Source: Mobula hypostoma (Eukaryota). From it: DNA of 64,000 nucleotides. Of this stretch, positions 36,018 to 49,479 are shown piece after piece (positions within the stretch are counted from its first letter, which is position 1; each line of letters starts with the position of its first letter). The notes beneath the pieces are model-generated. The model saw nothing but the letters and a program-made list of their open reading frames with translations. It made no database searches and was not told the DNA's origin. The DNA is taken from positions 193,628,001 through 193,692,000 of the forward strand of contig NC_086097.1 of assembly GCF_963921235.1 (NCBI RefSeq), given 5' to 3'. The translations under genes were made by a program, and so were the position numbers.

Positions 36018-36437
36018 ACAATTGAATTCTCCAACTTCCGGTAATTCCCTCCCCCTCCCTTCCCCATCCCAGTTTCACTCTGCCCCCTCCTCCAGCTGCC
36101 TATCACTTTCCTCATGGTTCCGCCTCCCTCTACCACCCTTTGTGCTTTCCCCTATTTCTTCTTCACCTTTCCTGCCTATCACCTCCCTGCTTTCCCTCCC
36201 CCACCACTTTATCTTTGCCCTTACCGATTTTTCACCTGGAACCTACCAGCATTCTCCTTCCCACCCTCCCCCCACCTTCTTTATAGGGCCCTGCCCCCTC
36301 CCTCTTCAGTCCTAATGAAGGGTCTCGGCCGGAAATGTTGACTGTTCGTTTCCACGGATGCTGCCTGACCTGCTGAGTTCCTCCAGCGTGCTGTGAGTGT
36401 TGCTTTGACCCCAGCATCTGCAGAGTATTTTGTGTCA
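36018..36437 (+). mobile_element. Penelope-like element 3' end with degenerate minimal hammerhead ribozyme motif
   Basis: IEFSNFR-stop end of the GIY-YIG domain, pyrimidine-rich tract, and CAGTC-CTAATGA-AGGGTCTCGGCCG-GAAA-TGTT-GACTG at 36307-36344. Confidence 0.8.
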
Positions 36438-36789
36438 TGATTAAATGGCCAGTGCATCAACATGAGCCTCAACATCATGACAGCATACCGCTTATTTATG
36501 GACAAGAATGTATTTCTGATTTATATAAATTAAGTCCCACTGACATACAATGCACTTGAAAACATATCCCAGTGAATTATTGAAAACTTTATGCCAATTT
36601 GAAATGATTAACATCCCATTGTTGTCAGCTGTTTCAAATGACAAATGGTGCAGCTGATGTTGATAACTGATTAATTGGATCAGAGAAAGTGAAGCGAGAT
36701 TGGAAAGAAATGTTCAGCATGGATTGTCAAAGGCATGCTTAAATTTAGAGTCATAGAACATGGAAACAGGTATGTCAGCCCAATTTACT

Positions 36790-39700
36790 ACAAAGTTTGA
36801 GACTGTAGGAGTAGTTACCTGTGCTAAGTAGTGCCAGATTTTAAAAGTGAGTGGGGCCTGTCAGGACATTCTGCAGAGCTTGAGATTGCTTGGTTTATCA
36901 AGTAGTAGGCAAGTGCCAATAAAATGAAGATAGATTGAATTGTAGCAGCCATTGTGTGTGTGGCCATAGTGTGAGTGGACAGAGTGGGGAACTAAGGTGT
37001 TGGCTAAAGAGGCTTCAGTGAGAAGAGGCTGAGGTCTTGGTAGTGGTGTGCTCCTCTTGCAAGATGTGGCAAATCTGGGAGTTTCTCCATTCTAGTGTAG
37101 CTTCTTGCATACCATGTTAAGGAAATGGAGTGGAGCTGGATGACCTACAGATCATTCGGGAGAATGAGGAGGTGATAGATAGGAACTACAGGGAGGTAGT
37201 CACAGCTACAATACAGGAGGCAGGTAGCTGGGTGACTGTCAGGAGAGGGAAAGGAAATAGGCAGATAGAACAGATTCCATTGTGACCATTTCCCTCAACA
37301 GTAAGTATACAGCTTTGGATACTGTTGGGGGCATGACCTACCAGGGGAAAACAACAGGGACCAGGTCTCTGGTACTGAGTTTTGCTCTGGAGCTCAGAAG
37401 TAAAGGAGGGAGAAGAGGAGAGCAGTGGAAAAAGAGATTCAATAGTTAGGAGAACAAATAGAAATTCTGTGAATGTGAAAGACTCTCCCAGATAGCATAT
37501 TGCCCCCCAGGGTAAGGGATGTCTCAGATTGGGTCCACAGCATTTAAAAGAGGAAGGGTGAGCAACCAGAAGTCATATTGGTACTAAAGAAATGGGTAAG
37601 GAAAAGGAATGCTTCCTGAAGTGCAAATATAAGGAGCTATTTAGGAAGTTGAAAAGCAGGTTCACAAGGGTAGTAATCTCTGGATTGCTACCTGTGCCAC
37701 ACACCAGTGAGGGTAAGAATAGTAAAACATGGTAGATGAATGTGTGAATTGTTACAGGGGACAGGGTTTGTGGATCATTGGGATCTCTCCTGTGGAAGTT
37801 ATGGCCTGTACAAAGAGGATAGATTACACCTGAACTTGAGTGGGACCAATGTCCTTGTAGGCAGGTTGATAGATGCACTTGTAAAGCTTTAAACTAAGTT
37901 AACAGTGAGATAGGACCAGAGTGATAGGACAGAGGATGTAGCAGTTGGTGTAAGGGAAATACAACATGTAGAGAGACTGTGAGGAATGATAGATAATGCA
38001 TAGGACATAAATGCAGTCAGTTGGATAGGTTGACGTGTTTATTTTAATGTAATAAGTATTAAAAACAAGGGTGATGAATTTGGAGCATAGCTCAGTACAT
38101 GAACTACAGCATTGTAGATTTGACTGTCACAAAGGCAGGAATGGCTGCAGGATGTTCCAGGGTTTATATATTTCAAAAGGGACAGTGAGGGAGATAAAAG
38201 AGGAGGGGTGGGGGGGGGAGCATTGCTAACCAGGGATAGTACTAGAGCAGCCAAAAAGATGTACGTTATGGAGGGATCATCTTCTGAGTCAGTATGGGTG
38301 TAATCGGAAATAGGAAGGGAGCATTTACTTTATAGGGAGTAATTCTATAGACCTTCAGTAGAAACAGATAATGAGGAGCAGGTTGGGAGGCAGGTTTTGG
38401 AAAGGTGCAAAAATAACAGGGTTGTTGTCATGGATGACTTCAACTTCCCTAATACTGATTGGCAACTCCTTAGTGTAAAATGTTTAGAAGGGACAGGATT
38501 TGCTAGGTGTGTTTAGGAAGGATTCCTGTCACAATATGTGGACAGGTTGACTAGAGGAGAGGCCATAATGTATCTAGTACTAGGTAATGAACCTGATAAA
38601 TGACAGATCTCGATGGGTGAGCATTTCAGAGAAAATGGCCATAACTCCCCGAGTCTTGCACTGGGATAGGAGCAATCGGTATGGAAAAGTATTTAATTTG
38701 GGAGGGTAAATTATAATACTATTAAGCAGGAACAGGGAGTGTAAATTGGGAATAGATGCACTCAAGGAAATGCACCAGGGAAACGTGGAGGTTGTTTAGG
38801 AAGCACTTGCATGAGATTCTGCAAAAGTTTGTCCTGCTGAAGCAGAGAAAAGATGGTAGGGTGAAGGAAAAAGTGGATCATCTAGTCAAGACAAAGAAGG
38901 AACCATACCTAAGGTTTAGGAAGCAAGGATCAGACTGGGCTCTGGAGAGTTGTAAGGCAGTCAAGAAGGAGCTTAAGAAGGGTCTTGGGAGAACTAGAGG
39001 AGGACATGAGGAGGTCTTGGTGAGTAGAATTGAGGAATACCTTGGGATTCATCTACACATATGTGAAAAAGAGGTGGATGACTAGAGTGAGGGTACGACC
39101 GATCAGGAATAAAAGAAAACATGCTTGGAGTTGGAGGAGCTAAGGGAGGTGCTTTGCTTCACTTTTCACCAGTGAGACGGATCTTGATGAAAGGGAGGAC
39201 AGCATAAAACGGGCTGAAATACTGGAACATCTTAACTTTAAGAAAGAAGATATGTTGGAACTTTTGAAAAACATTAGTAAGGATAAGTCTCCAGGGCCAG
39301 AGGGATACACCACAGGCTTCTACGGGAAGTGAGAGAATAGATTGTCTGCCTTTGGCAATGATTTTTGCATCCTCACTGGCAATCGGACTGGAAGGAGGCA
39401 AATGTTATTCCTTTGTCCAAGAAATGTTAGGCCTTTGACAAGGTGCTGCACATGAGGCTGCTTAGAAAGATAAGAGCCCATAGAATTACAGGGAAGTTAC
39501 TAAAATGGGTGGAGCATTGGCTGGTCAGCAGAAAACAGAGTGGGAATAAAGGGATCCTATTCTAGCTGGCTGCTGGTTACCAGTGGAGTTCCACAGGGGC
39601 TGGTGTTGGGACTGCTGCTTTTTACAATGTATGCCAATGACTTGGACTACAGTATTAATGGATTTATGGCTAAATTTGCCAATGATACAAAGATAAGTGG

Positions 39701-41872
39701 AGGCGTGGGTAGTGTTGAGGAAACAGAGAGCCTGCAGAGAGACTTAGATAGGTTAGAAGATTGAGCAAAGAAGCGGCAAATGAAATACAATGTTGGAAAG
39801 TGTATGGTCATGCACTTTGGTGGAAGAAATAAACAGGCAGACTATTATTTAGATGGGGGAGAGAATTCAAAATGCAGAGATGCAAAAGGACTTGGGAGTC
39901 CTTGTGCAAGATGCACTAAAGTTTAATCTCCAAGTTAAGTCAGTTGTGAAGAAGGCGAATGCAATGTTGGCATTAATTTCTAGAGGTATAGAATATTAGA
40001 GCAGGGATGTGATGTTGAGACTCTATAAGGCACTTGTGAGACTGCAATTGGAGTAGTGTGAGCTGCTTGGGCTCCCTATTTTAGAAAGGATATACTGATA
40101 TTGGACAGGGTTCAGAGAAGATTTATAAGAATGATTCCAGGAATGAAAGGGTTACCTTATGAGAAATGTCTGGTAGCTCTTGGGTTGTATTTTCTGGAGT
40201 TCAGGAGAATGAGGGGGCATCTCATAGAAACATTCTGAATATTAAAAGGCCTGAACAGATTAGATATGGCAAAGTTATTTCCCATGGTAGGGGATTCTAG
40301 GACAAGAGGACACGACTTCAGGATTGAAGGACGTCCATTTAAAACTGAGATGCAGTGAAATTACTTTAGTCAGATGGTGGTAAATCTGTAGAATTTGTTG
40401 CCATGAGTGGCTGTGGAGGCCGAGTCATTGGGTGTATGTAAGGCAGAGATAGATAGGTTCTTGATTAGCCAGGGCATCAAAGGATATGGGTTTAAGGCAG
40501 GGGAGTGGGAATGACTGGAAGAATTGGATCAGCCTAAGATTGAATAGTGGAGCAGATTCGATGGGCCAAATGGCCTACTGCTCTTATATCTTATGGTCTT
40601 ATACAAGTGAGTTATGTTAGTGGAGAGCAAACTATTGGAGAGAATTCTTAGAGACAGGATTTATAAACATCTGGAGAAGCATAGGCTGATTAGGAAGAGT
40701 CAGCATGGCTTTGTGAAGAAAAAGCTGTGCTTCATGAACCTGATCAAATTCTTCTAAGAAGTCACAGAACAAGTTGATGGAGGTAGATCAGTGGAAGTTG
40801 TGTATATGGGTTTTTGTAGGGCATTTGACAAGGTTCCCCAAAGTAGGCTCACTTCAGGAAGACTGGAGGCATGGGATTCAGGGAAACACGGCTGCACAGA
40901 TTCAGAAGGTGGAGAGTGGTAGTAGATGGAGCGTATTCCGTCTGGAGGTCAATAACCTACTGTGTTACGCAGGAATCTGTTATGGGACCCTTGCTCTTTG
41001 TTTTTTTATATATAAATTACTTGAATGAGAAAGTAGAAGGGTGGGACAATTAGTTTGTAGATGACATAAAGGTTGGTATTGTTGTAGGCAGTGTAGAGTT
41101 TTCATAGTTTACAACGGGATATTGATACAATGCAGAGCTGGGCTGAGAAGTGGAAGATAGAGTTCAATCTGGATAAGTGTGAAATGATGCACTTCGGAAG
41201 GTCAAACTTGAAGGCAGAATACAGGGTTAATGGCAGGATTCCAGACAGTGTGGAGGAACAGAGGCATCTTGGGGTCTATGTCCAGAGATTTCTCAAAGAT
41301 GTCACACAAGTTAATAGGGTATTTAAGAATTTCCATGGTGTATTGGCCTTCATTTGTCAGGGAATTGAATTTAAGAGCTGCAAGGCAAATTTGCAGCTCT
41401 TTAACACACTGGTTAGACTACACTTGGAGTATTCTGTTCATTTCTGGTCACATCATTATAGGAAGGACATGGAAGCTTCAGGGAGGGTGTATAGGAGATT
41501 TGCCTGGATGCATTCTAGATTGAAGAACATGGCTTATGAAAATAGGTTTTTCTCTTTGGAGGAAGAACGATGAGAGGTGACTTAATTGAGGTGCAAAACT
41601 TCAAGTGATTGAAGGAAAATATGGAGGGATGTCAGGGGTACTTTTTTTGCACAGTGGTGGGTGCATGCAATGCACTGCCAATGTGGTGCTTGAGGCAAAT
41701 ATGATAGGAACATTTGAGAACCTCTCAGATAGGCACCTGAATTAAAAAAATGGAAGGCTATGTGTGAATTGAAGGGTTAGATTGCTCGTAAAGTAGGTTA
41801 AAAAGATTGTGCAGCATCATGGGCTGAAGAGCTTGTACTATTGTGCAATATTCTATGTTCCATGTTCTATGT
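36790..41872 (+). mobile_element. Near-full-length decayed CR1 LINE (ORF1, APE, RT) split by a second CR1
   Basis: ORF1-like HIGT and VVISGLLPVP motifs; DFNFP endonuclease motif; RT C-terminus WAEKWKIEFNLDKCEMMHFG...LVRLHLEYSVHFW; CTATGTT-type tail at ~41853-41872. Confidence 0.75.
39430..40600 (+). mobile_element. 5'-truncated CR1 nested in the older CR1
   Basis: VTSGVPQGLVLGLLLF and AKFANDTKI; 3' end CTTATATCTTATGGTCTT; host CR1 sequence resumes at ~40601. Confidence 0.8.
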
Positions 41873-41875
41873 ACT

Positions 41876-42690
41876 ATGACCCATGCTAAGATTTCCCATC
41901 CAAGACAGTCTAGTTTGCCAGCACTTAATCCTTTTAAACCTTTGCAATCCTTGTACCCATCCAATGTCTAAGCATTATTATTGTACCCATCTCAGCCACT
42001 TCCTCTGGCAGCAGGTTCCACATAACTACCACCCTCGGTGTTTTTTTTTAAAGTTGCCCTTCAAGATCATTTTAGATATTACCCCTTAAATCTATGTTCT
42101 CTAGTTCTTGATTTCCCAGCTCTGTGAGAAAGACTGAGTGCATTCATCCTATCTATAAATCTTCATGATTTTATACACCTCAAAAACATCACCTCTTGGT
42201 CTCTGATGCTTTATGGAATAAAGTCTTAACTTGTCCAACCACTGCCTATAACTCAGTCCCTCAAGTCCTGGGAGTATCTTTGCAAATCTTTCCTGGTCTC
42301 TTTCCAGTTTAATAACATTTTTCATAGAACAAGATAACTGAACCATGTACTCCAAGTGCCCTGTACAACTGCACCGTGATCTCTCATCTTTTATACCCAA
42401 TGTCCTGATTAATGAAAGCAATATGCCAAAAGCTTCTTCACCAGTCTGTCTACTTGGAAATCCACTTTGAATGAACCATGTACAAATACTCCAAGATCCC
42501 TACTACACTTGACAGGGCTCTGCCATACACCATGCATGTCCTATCCAGATTTGATTTTCCAAAATGCAATACTTCACACTTATCCAAATTAAATTCCATT
42601 TGCCATTCCATGGGCTACTTACTGATTAGGATGCCTCCGTAGTTTTTGATAGCCATCTTCAATGTCTAGTCTGCTGTCTATTTTACTACT
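41876..42690 (-). mobile_element. CR1 3' fragment, antisense
   Basis: Minus-strand HLEYMVQ...KLERDQERFAKILPGLEGLSY...RGDVFEVYKIM. Confidence 0.7.
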
Positions 42691-43339
42691 AGGTAATTAT
42701 GGAGAAATATTCAAAGATACAATCATGAATGCTCATCCTTATCAATACAACTGCAAAACCAGTCTGTGGAGGTTTTGACCTGCTGGATATGTATTAAAGA
42801 ATAGCTGGAGGAAGGTGAAATAAGTTCTAATAAAATAGAGTCCTAGTGAAGATAATCTATGCTGACTGTTCAATAGGAATTGCAGTGATATGTACAGTGA
42901 ACAAAACTGTTGAATTGTGTTGTGATACAAGGTGACATTGAAGCAGACAGTTGATGACTAACAAAAACCATTGCCTACTTCACAGGATTTATATGCAGAC
43001 TTGGCAAGAACCAATGTTTTCACCAAACTATATCACATGCATGTGTTCAACAATGTTTTGGATAAGGAATAGCTGGAATATTTGATAATCAAATCTCTTT
43101 TACTCCTCCTTAAAATAACTGCATGGTGTGTAGTTAGCACCATAGGTCTTTCAATAGATAATATATTACTAGATTATTGTCAATGCAATGAAGAACATGC
43201 AGTAAAAACCACAAGTGCTGAAGAAGTAGTTTTACTATTAGAACCGTTCAGACAGCTGCACAGGAAGCAAGAAGACATTTCTACCAGAAAGGGGCATCAC
43301 AAATACCACAGCTAAAAGAACTGCTGCTTCACAAATCCT

Positions 43340-43540
43340 GCAACCTGAGCTCAATCCTGATTTCTGGTTCTTTCTGTGTGACATTATCATATTTTTCCTG
43401 AGAGTTCTGACTTCCTCCCATATCTCAAAGCCGTGCACATTGGTGATTTAATTGGCCATAGCAAATTTCCTCTGTGATGTCTGTGGGAGTGTGTTAGAAT
43501 CTGGCAATACTTGATGGGAAGTTGTGGAGAAATATTTGGG
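43340..43540 (+). mobile_element. Degenerate V-SINE (HE1-like)
   Basis: TTCCTCCCATATCTCAAAG...TTAATTGGCCATAGCAAATT resembles the V-domain; reverse complement of the motif at ~57690. Confidence 0.45.
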
Positions 43541-43934
43541 ATTAGTGCTATACGATATTTGAGCAGAGATATTGGGCTGAAGAGCACGTTTCAATTTTCA
43601 AGAACTTTATGACTAAGTAGTTTAAACTTGCCTAAAAATAGATGCATGTGGATCGCAAGTAAATAAATTACAATTGAAGTGCAAGGAATCCTCAGGTCTT
43701 TAGCATATTCAGATTCTGCAAAAATATTACCTTTACAGCAATTATGAGGAAATAAGCAAAATAAATGATGCAATGAATAGTACACAGCATAGGACAAGCA
43801 AGAAATTCCTGGGAACTTAGATTTAATTAGTTCACAATGATGCAACATGTACATTTATACTTATAATCCCTTAAGTAAGAGACTGAGAGCTGAAATTGCC
43901 TTCTGTAAATTCAGAGAAAATGCATGGAATTGTT

Positions 43935-45745
43935 TTTCAGGTTTAATATCACTGACATATGTCGTGAAATCTGTTGATTTGTGGCAGCAGTACGTTGCAA
44001 TACATAAAACTATAAATTACAATAAATATATGAAAAATTAAATTAAATTGTACAAACAGAGAGCAATATAGTGAGGTACTGTTCATGAGTTGGTTCATTG
44101 TCAATTCAGAAATCTGATTGTGGAACATAAGAAGCTGTTCTTAAAATGTTGAGTGTGTGTCTTCAGGCTCCTGTACCTCCTCCCTGATGGTAGCAGTAAG
44201 ATGGCATGTCCTGGTTGATGGGAGCCCTTGATGATGGATGCAGCCTTTTTGAGGCATTGTCTTTTGAAGGTATCTTGAATGCTGGGAAGGCTAATGCCCA
44301 TGATGAAGCTGGCTCAGTGAGCAACCCTCTGCAGCTTTTACCAATTCTATAAAGTCGCCCCTCCATCCCAGATGGTAATGCAACCAGTTAGAATGCTATC
44401 CATGGTACATCTGAAGAAATTTGCTGGAGTCTTTGACATACCAAATCACCTCAAACTCCTAAAACTATAGAGCTGCTGTCATGCCTTCTTTCTATCCATA
44501 TGTTGGACCCAGGATAGATCTGAAGGTTTGTTGACAGCCTGGATAACTGTCGGGAGAGGGAAAAAAAATAGGTAGGCAGTACCCCTGTGGCCATTCCCCC
44601 AATAAGAAGTATCTCACTTTGGATACAACCTACCAGATCAAATTCCAAGAAAGGAGTGACATTATGTAGGATCAGAAGATGTAGTACCCTTGTAAGCAGA
44701 GTTAAGAAGCTGCAAGAGTAAAAAGACCCTGATGGGAGTTATATACAGGCCTCCGAATGGTAGTCAGGATGAGAGATACAAATTACAACAGGAGATAGAG
44801 AAGACATGTAAAAAGGACAACATTACAATAGTGATGGGAACTTCAATATGCAGATAGATTATAAAAGTCAGGTTGATGCTGGATCTCAAGAGAGGGAACT
44901 CGTAGAATGCATATGAGATGGCTTTGTAGAGCAGGTTGTGGTTGAGCCCATTAGGAGAAAGCAATTCTGGATTGGGTGTTGTGTAATGAACCAGATTTGA
45001 TTAGGGAGTTTAAGGTAAAGGAATCCTTAGGAGACAATGATCACATTATGGTAGAACTCACCCTTTGAGTATTCTGAACAATTTTGGGCTCCTTACCTAA
45101 AAAAAGATGTGCTGGCATTGGAGAAGATCCAGAGGAGGTTCACAAGAATGAACAGATGTCTTTGGCCTATACCAGCTCAGGTTTAGAAGAATGAAGGGGC
45201 ATCTTATTGACACCTATCTAATGTTGAAAGGTCTGAGTAAAGTGGATGTGGGAGGACGTTTGGTATAGTAGTTAAATAAAGAACCAGTACACAGCCTCAG
45301 TAGAGGGATGTCCATTTAGATCAGAAAGGAGGAGGAATTTCTTTAGCCAGAGGGTAGTGAATCTGTGGAATTCATTGCCACAGATGGCTGTGGAAGCCAA
45401 GTCACTGAGTATATTTAAAGCGGGATTGATCGGTTCTTGATTATTCAGGTCTCCAATAGGCTATGGGGAGAAGGCAGGAGGATAGGATTGAGAGGGATAA
45501 TAAATCAGCCATGATGGATGGTGGAGCAGTCTTGATGGGCTAAGTGACATAATTCTACTCCTGTGTTTTATGGTATAAGTTGAAACTGCTCACCTCTTCC
45601 ACTGCTGATCCCTCTATTGGTGTGTTTTCTCGACTTCCCCTTCCTGAATTCCACAATCAATTCCTTGCTCTTATTTTCTTTGAGTGCAAGGTTGTTGAGA
45701 CACCACTCAACCACCTGATCTGTCTCATGCTTGTATGCCTTTTCC
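43935..45745 (-). mobile_element. Rex1/Babar LINE fragment interrupted by CR1 fragments (~44545-45575, + strand)
   Basis: Minus-strand LPSIQDTFKRQCLKKAASII...LLPSGRRYRSLKT...FKNSF; Rex sequence resumes at TTGAAACTGCTCACC (~45580) after a CR1 3' tail. Confidence 0.7.
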
Positions 45746-46019
45746 CCTGAGAATTATCTAAATGTTGAAAGTAAAAGCTGATATTTATTTGCTACAATAA
45801 TAAAGAAAGCTGAGAAGCACAAAGCCATATTGTTCTAATTTGAGTGACCTTTACAAGAATGGACAGATTCAGGCACATTGTCAGAATCAGATGAAGACAC
45901 AGAGCCCCACTTTAACAAATGATGTAATTGGAAAAAGGTTGCAGCAAAAGGGGACATGCAGCTGTATTACCAAGTGTATCTAATTGATAGACTTCTGAAT
46001 TGCTTAAAAGCATGAAAAG

Positions 46020-46190
46020 CACTGCCTGAGTCAGTGGTGAAGGCAGATACACTCGTGAAGTTTAAGAGACTACTAGACAGGTATATGGAGGAATTTAAGG
46101 TGGGGGGTTGTATGGGAGGCAGGGTTGAGGGTCAGCACAACTTTGTGGGCCGAAGAGCCTGTAATGTGCTGTACTATTCTATATTTCTAT
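46020..46190 (+). mobile_element. Short CR1 3' terminal fragment
   Basis: CACTGCCTGAGTCAGTGGTG...GGGCCGAAGAGCCTGT...TATTCTAT tail. Confidence 0.6.
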
Positions 46191-46626
46191 GAAAACCACA
46201 GCCAGAAATTTTTGTTATTGCCTGAGTTTTGATAAGGGTCTTGAAGAGTTAACAGATGCAGATTCCCTTTGTCAAGAATGCAGAGTGAAGCCAGTAGAAA
46301 TATCTTCATATATTTGGAATTGGCCAACAAACCTTTCCTTATAGCTCAATTGTTATTGTGAGAAGGGTATTAGATGTCGTTTCAGCTTGCAGTCATTTCA
46401 AATGGTCATGGATAGAACATGTTTGAACCGGTACTATACAGTATCAGAGTGTACAATCAACCAATTGTAATCCAATTTCTCATGTCATAAGATCTCATCT
46501 GCATTCTTCTCTAACCCTATGATCATCTTGGATATCAGGACACCAGTTTTCACTTCCTAATCATTCTGAAATATAAATACTCCACTTACCTGGCAAGATT
46601 TTGTGCTATAGAATAATATCGATGCA

Positions 46627-46946
46627 AATAATAATAATAATAAAGACATCAGTTAGTCTTGCGAGACCATGGATCTGCACCTGGAAAGTCTTCACTCTCC
46701 AGGGCGCAGGCCTTGGCAAGGTTGTATGGAAGACCAGCAGTTGCCCATGCTGCAAGTCTCCCCTCTCCACGACACCAATGTTGTCCAAGGGAAAGGCATC
46801 AGGACCCATACAGCTTGGCATTAGTGTCGTCGCAGAGCAATGTGTGATTAAGTGCCTTGCTCAAGGACACAACACGTTTCTTCGGCTGGGGCTCGAAGTC
46901 ATGACCTTCAGGTCGCTAGTCCAATGCCTTAACCACTTGGCCACGT
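46627..46946 (-). mobile_element. tRNA-derived SINE with CORE-like block and (TTA)n tail
   Basis: Minus strand: A box TGGCCAAGTGG, B-box-like GACTTCGAGCC, then GTGTCCTTGAGCAAGGCACTTAA; (AAT)n on the plus strand at ~46627-46642. Confidence 0.75.
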
Positions 46947-47785
46947 GAAGAGAACAAAATTGTGCACAGTGCAGGTCAAGGTCTCATTCTGCATTGATAT
47001 AATAGGATGATAGGTTCCCTTCAACCATTCGATTGTCAAATCAACCAACACAACCCTAATCATTACAGTTTAGCAGCATTATGTCCACCTTGATCACTTT
47101 GCACTTAAACAGACTTTGACTTCTTTGTTCGAATTTGTCATGTACTGTAACTCCAGAAATCAATTGAAAGAAAAACACAGGAGCCCAATGATAACTCGTG
47201 TACTTCATTTTACGTTAGTGAGGTGAGCACTTATGAAGTGGTGGTTTAATGACATATGCCATTCACATACTTTTACATATAACTCATAATAAATTATTTA
47301 AACAACAAAGAATGCTTAATCAAACAACATATTTACAATATTACTTAAATATTATTGAAGTATTAAATACACAATACAATTGTGTTAATTTTTTTGTAAA
47401 GGTTGTGTCTAGTCTATGTTTAATTTGTTTTTCTTGTTAATACTGCTTATAAGATGCTATGAGCCCTTGGTCCTGTTGCAATTAAGTTTTTCATTGCACC
47501 TGTGTACACATGTACTTGTGCATATGACAATGAACTCAAATTTTACTTTGAACTTGACCATCTGCTGTAAAATTCTGAGTTTTAAGTTTTAAGGCCCTAA
47601 CATTTAAGATGAATACATTAGTTGCGAATCAATGAGCAATGTGCATGATTTTGAAGCTTGTCTTTAATTACTGAAGAGTGTCAGATAAAATTTAAGTAAC
47701 TCATTACAATGTACAAGGGAAATATAGTGGGAAAGCAATGTATAGAAGTATTGGGTAATATTTATACACTGTTTTCTTTGTTTAG

Positions 47786-47978
47786 CCACGAACATGTCAG
47801 CAGAAATATTGCTGTAAAGGATGAAAAGCTCAAACAGTCAGAAGGATACTTTGGTGGTGAGTTTCAGCTCTTCCAAAAGGATACTAGTGAAGAACATAAC
47901 ATTGCAAGGACTGCAGTACATAAGTCAAGAAAAGTAGCCATCCGGGAGTCTGCTGAACGCATTTCACTGAATAAGCAG
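47786..47978 (+). CDS. MYOM1: Myomesin-1 coding exon (phase 2 to 0), N-terminal My1 region
   Basis: TTTGTTTAG| acceptor and CAG|GTGAAT donor; encodes HEHVSRNIAVKDEKLKQ...HKSRKVAIRESAERISLNKQ, matching recalled MYOM1 KSRKVVIREKAERLSLRK; in frame with neighbouring exons. Confidence 0.9.
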
Positions 47979-48501
47979 GTGAATATATTAAAAAAATTCA
48001 ATCCAGACTACAGACGTTAGATAGTTCTTTAGAATCAAGGATTATTTGGTTCCACTCCATTTCTCTGGGTTTTCAGGGCTGACAAATCCTGCAGCAGATG
48101 AAACAAAAGGTATCTGATAGGGCCTGTGGGTAATTAGGAGGTGATTTGCTGCTGCGGTATTCAATGCTGTGATGCCGTGTGCTCTGAATGTGTGGACATA
48201 AGATTCTCAACATCATCCAGAGTGTCTCTTCTGGAGACTTTGGTGACTGCCAGATCTGCTTTATATTGAAAATGGAAGGTGAAGCCTCAAAATTAATGCA
48301 GAGTGGGGATCAAGTAGGGAAGTCTGAAGTGTGCATGAAATACCCCCAGGTTTGTTGTGGTGAAATCTTTGGCCCCGGGGCCTCACCTATATGTCTCAGC
48401 TACTGAGCAACAACCAACAGGAAGTGGCGTTTGAACACTGGACCAGAGTGGAATGTCCAGTAACTGAACGTTAATGGATGGGCCATGTGAATGAGCATAT
48501 A

Positions 48502-49078
48502 CAGCCATCCCACATCTCTCGGAACTTCCGGTAATCTCCCGCATATTAATAGTGGCTGCCTGATGCCCGCAAATTATATACAATATCACGGAAATCAATT
48601 TTTTGAAAGCAAGCAAGAGAGAGCGTGAGAGTGACCATGAGAGAGAGCGTGCGAGCGAGAGTAAGAGAGGGAGAGAGAGCGAGAGAGAAGGCAAGTGAGA
48701 GCGCGCGAGCGACCACGAGAGAGAGAGAGCACGAGCAACAGTGCGCCATGGCAGAGTGTTCCAAAAAAATATAAAACGTACATCACCCCAGACTACACTA
48801 AAGTGTACCCCTGCCTAATAGGGGTCAAAATAATGACAGTGTTGCTCGTTGCACTGTTTGCAACAGTGACTTTTCTATTGCCTATGGTGGGTTAAGACTG
48901 TAAAAGACCTGTTGAGGTAAGTTTAACAGGTGTCATTCGTTCATTAGCATAGCTAACGTTATTTAAACTAGCTGGCCAGCTGCTAAGGAGCTACTCTATT
49001 TCAGACCTCTCCCAGAAGTCTCCCGCAAATTGATGGTGCTACCTCCCTGAAATGAGTTTCTGCAGGGTGGGATGTCTG
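48502..49078. mobile_element. Non-autonomous DNA transposon (hAT-like) with 12-bp terminal inverted repeats and internal GA-rich tract
   Basis: CAGCCATCCCAC at the left end and GTGGGATGTCTG at the right are an 11/12 inverted match; (GA)n-like tract at 48613-48732; TSD not clean. Confidence 0.6.
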
Positions 49079-49479
49079 CATTTATATAGGAATGATTAGA
49101 GTGAGAAACCACAAACAAGGGCAAACTAGTGGAGAAATGAATTAATGTGTTCATCTGGATGAAGTTAATGCTTTCTATTATTAATATTCTGTAACTTATA
49201 CAGATGTGCTAATCAATATGAGGAGTATCCCAACAGTTAAAATGGAGTTGGTAGTGCCAGGAGTAAGAAATGTACAAAGGACTTCCTTATTTCTATAAGG
49301 AAGTCCTTTGTACATTTCTTACTCCTGGCACTACCAACTCCATTTTAATTAGAAGAAAGCAGTTTTATGGCTGTTATTTAATACCCTATAATATGAGCCA
49401 ACTCTTTTCTATAATTGAAAGAGTTAAAGTTCTGAACTTAATACTTCAATCCTAACTTTATTTTGTTGTTTTTCAGCAC

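Noticed and set aside
43146..43315. GLSIDNILLDY resembling MYOM1 GLTDSSLLLDDY
   Set aside because: Wrong splice phase relative to the upstream exon, weak acceptor, and the frame ends in a stop.
46870..46946. tRNA gene on the minus strand
   Set aside because: The A/B-box head continues into a SINE body and tail, with no complete acceptor stem or Pol III terminator.
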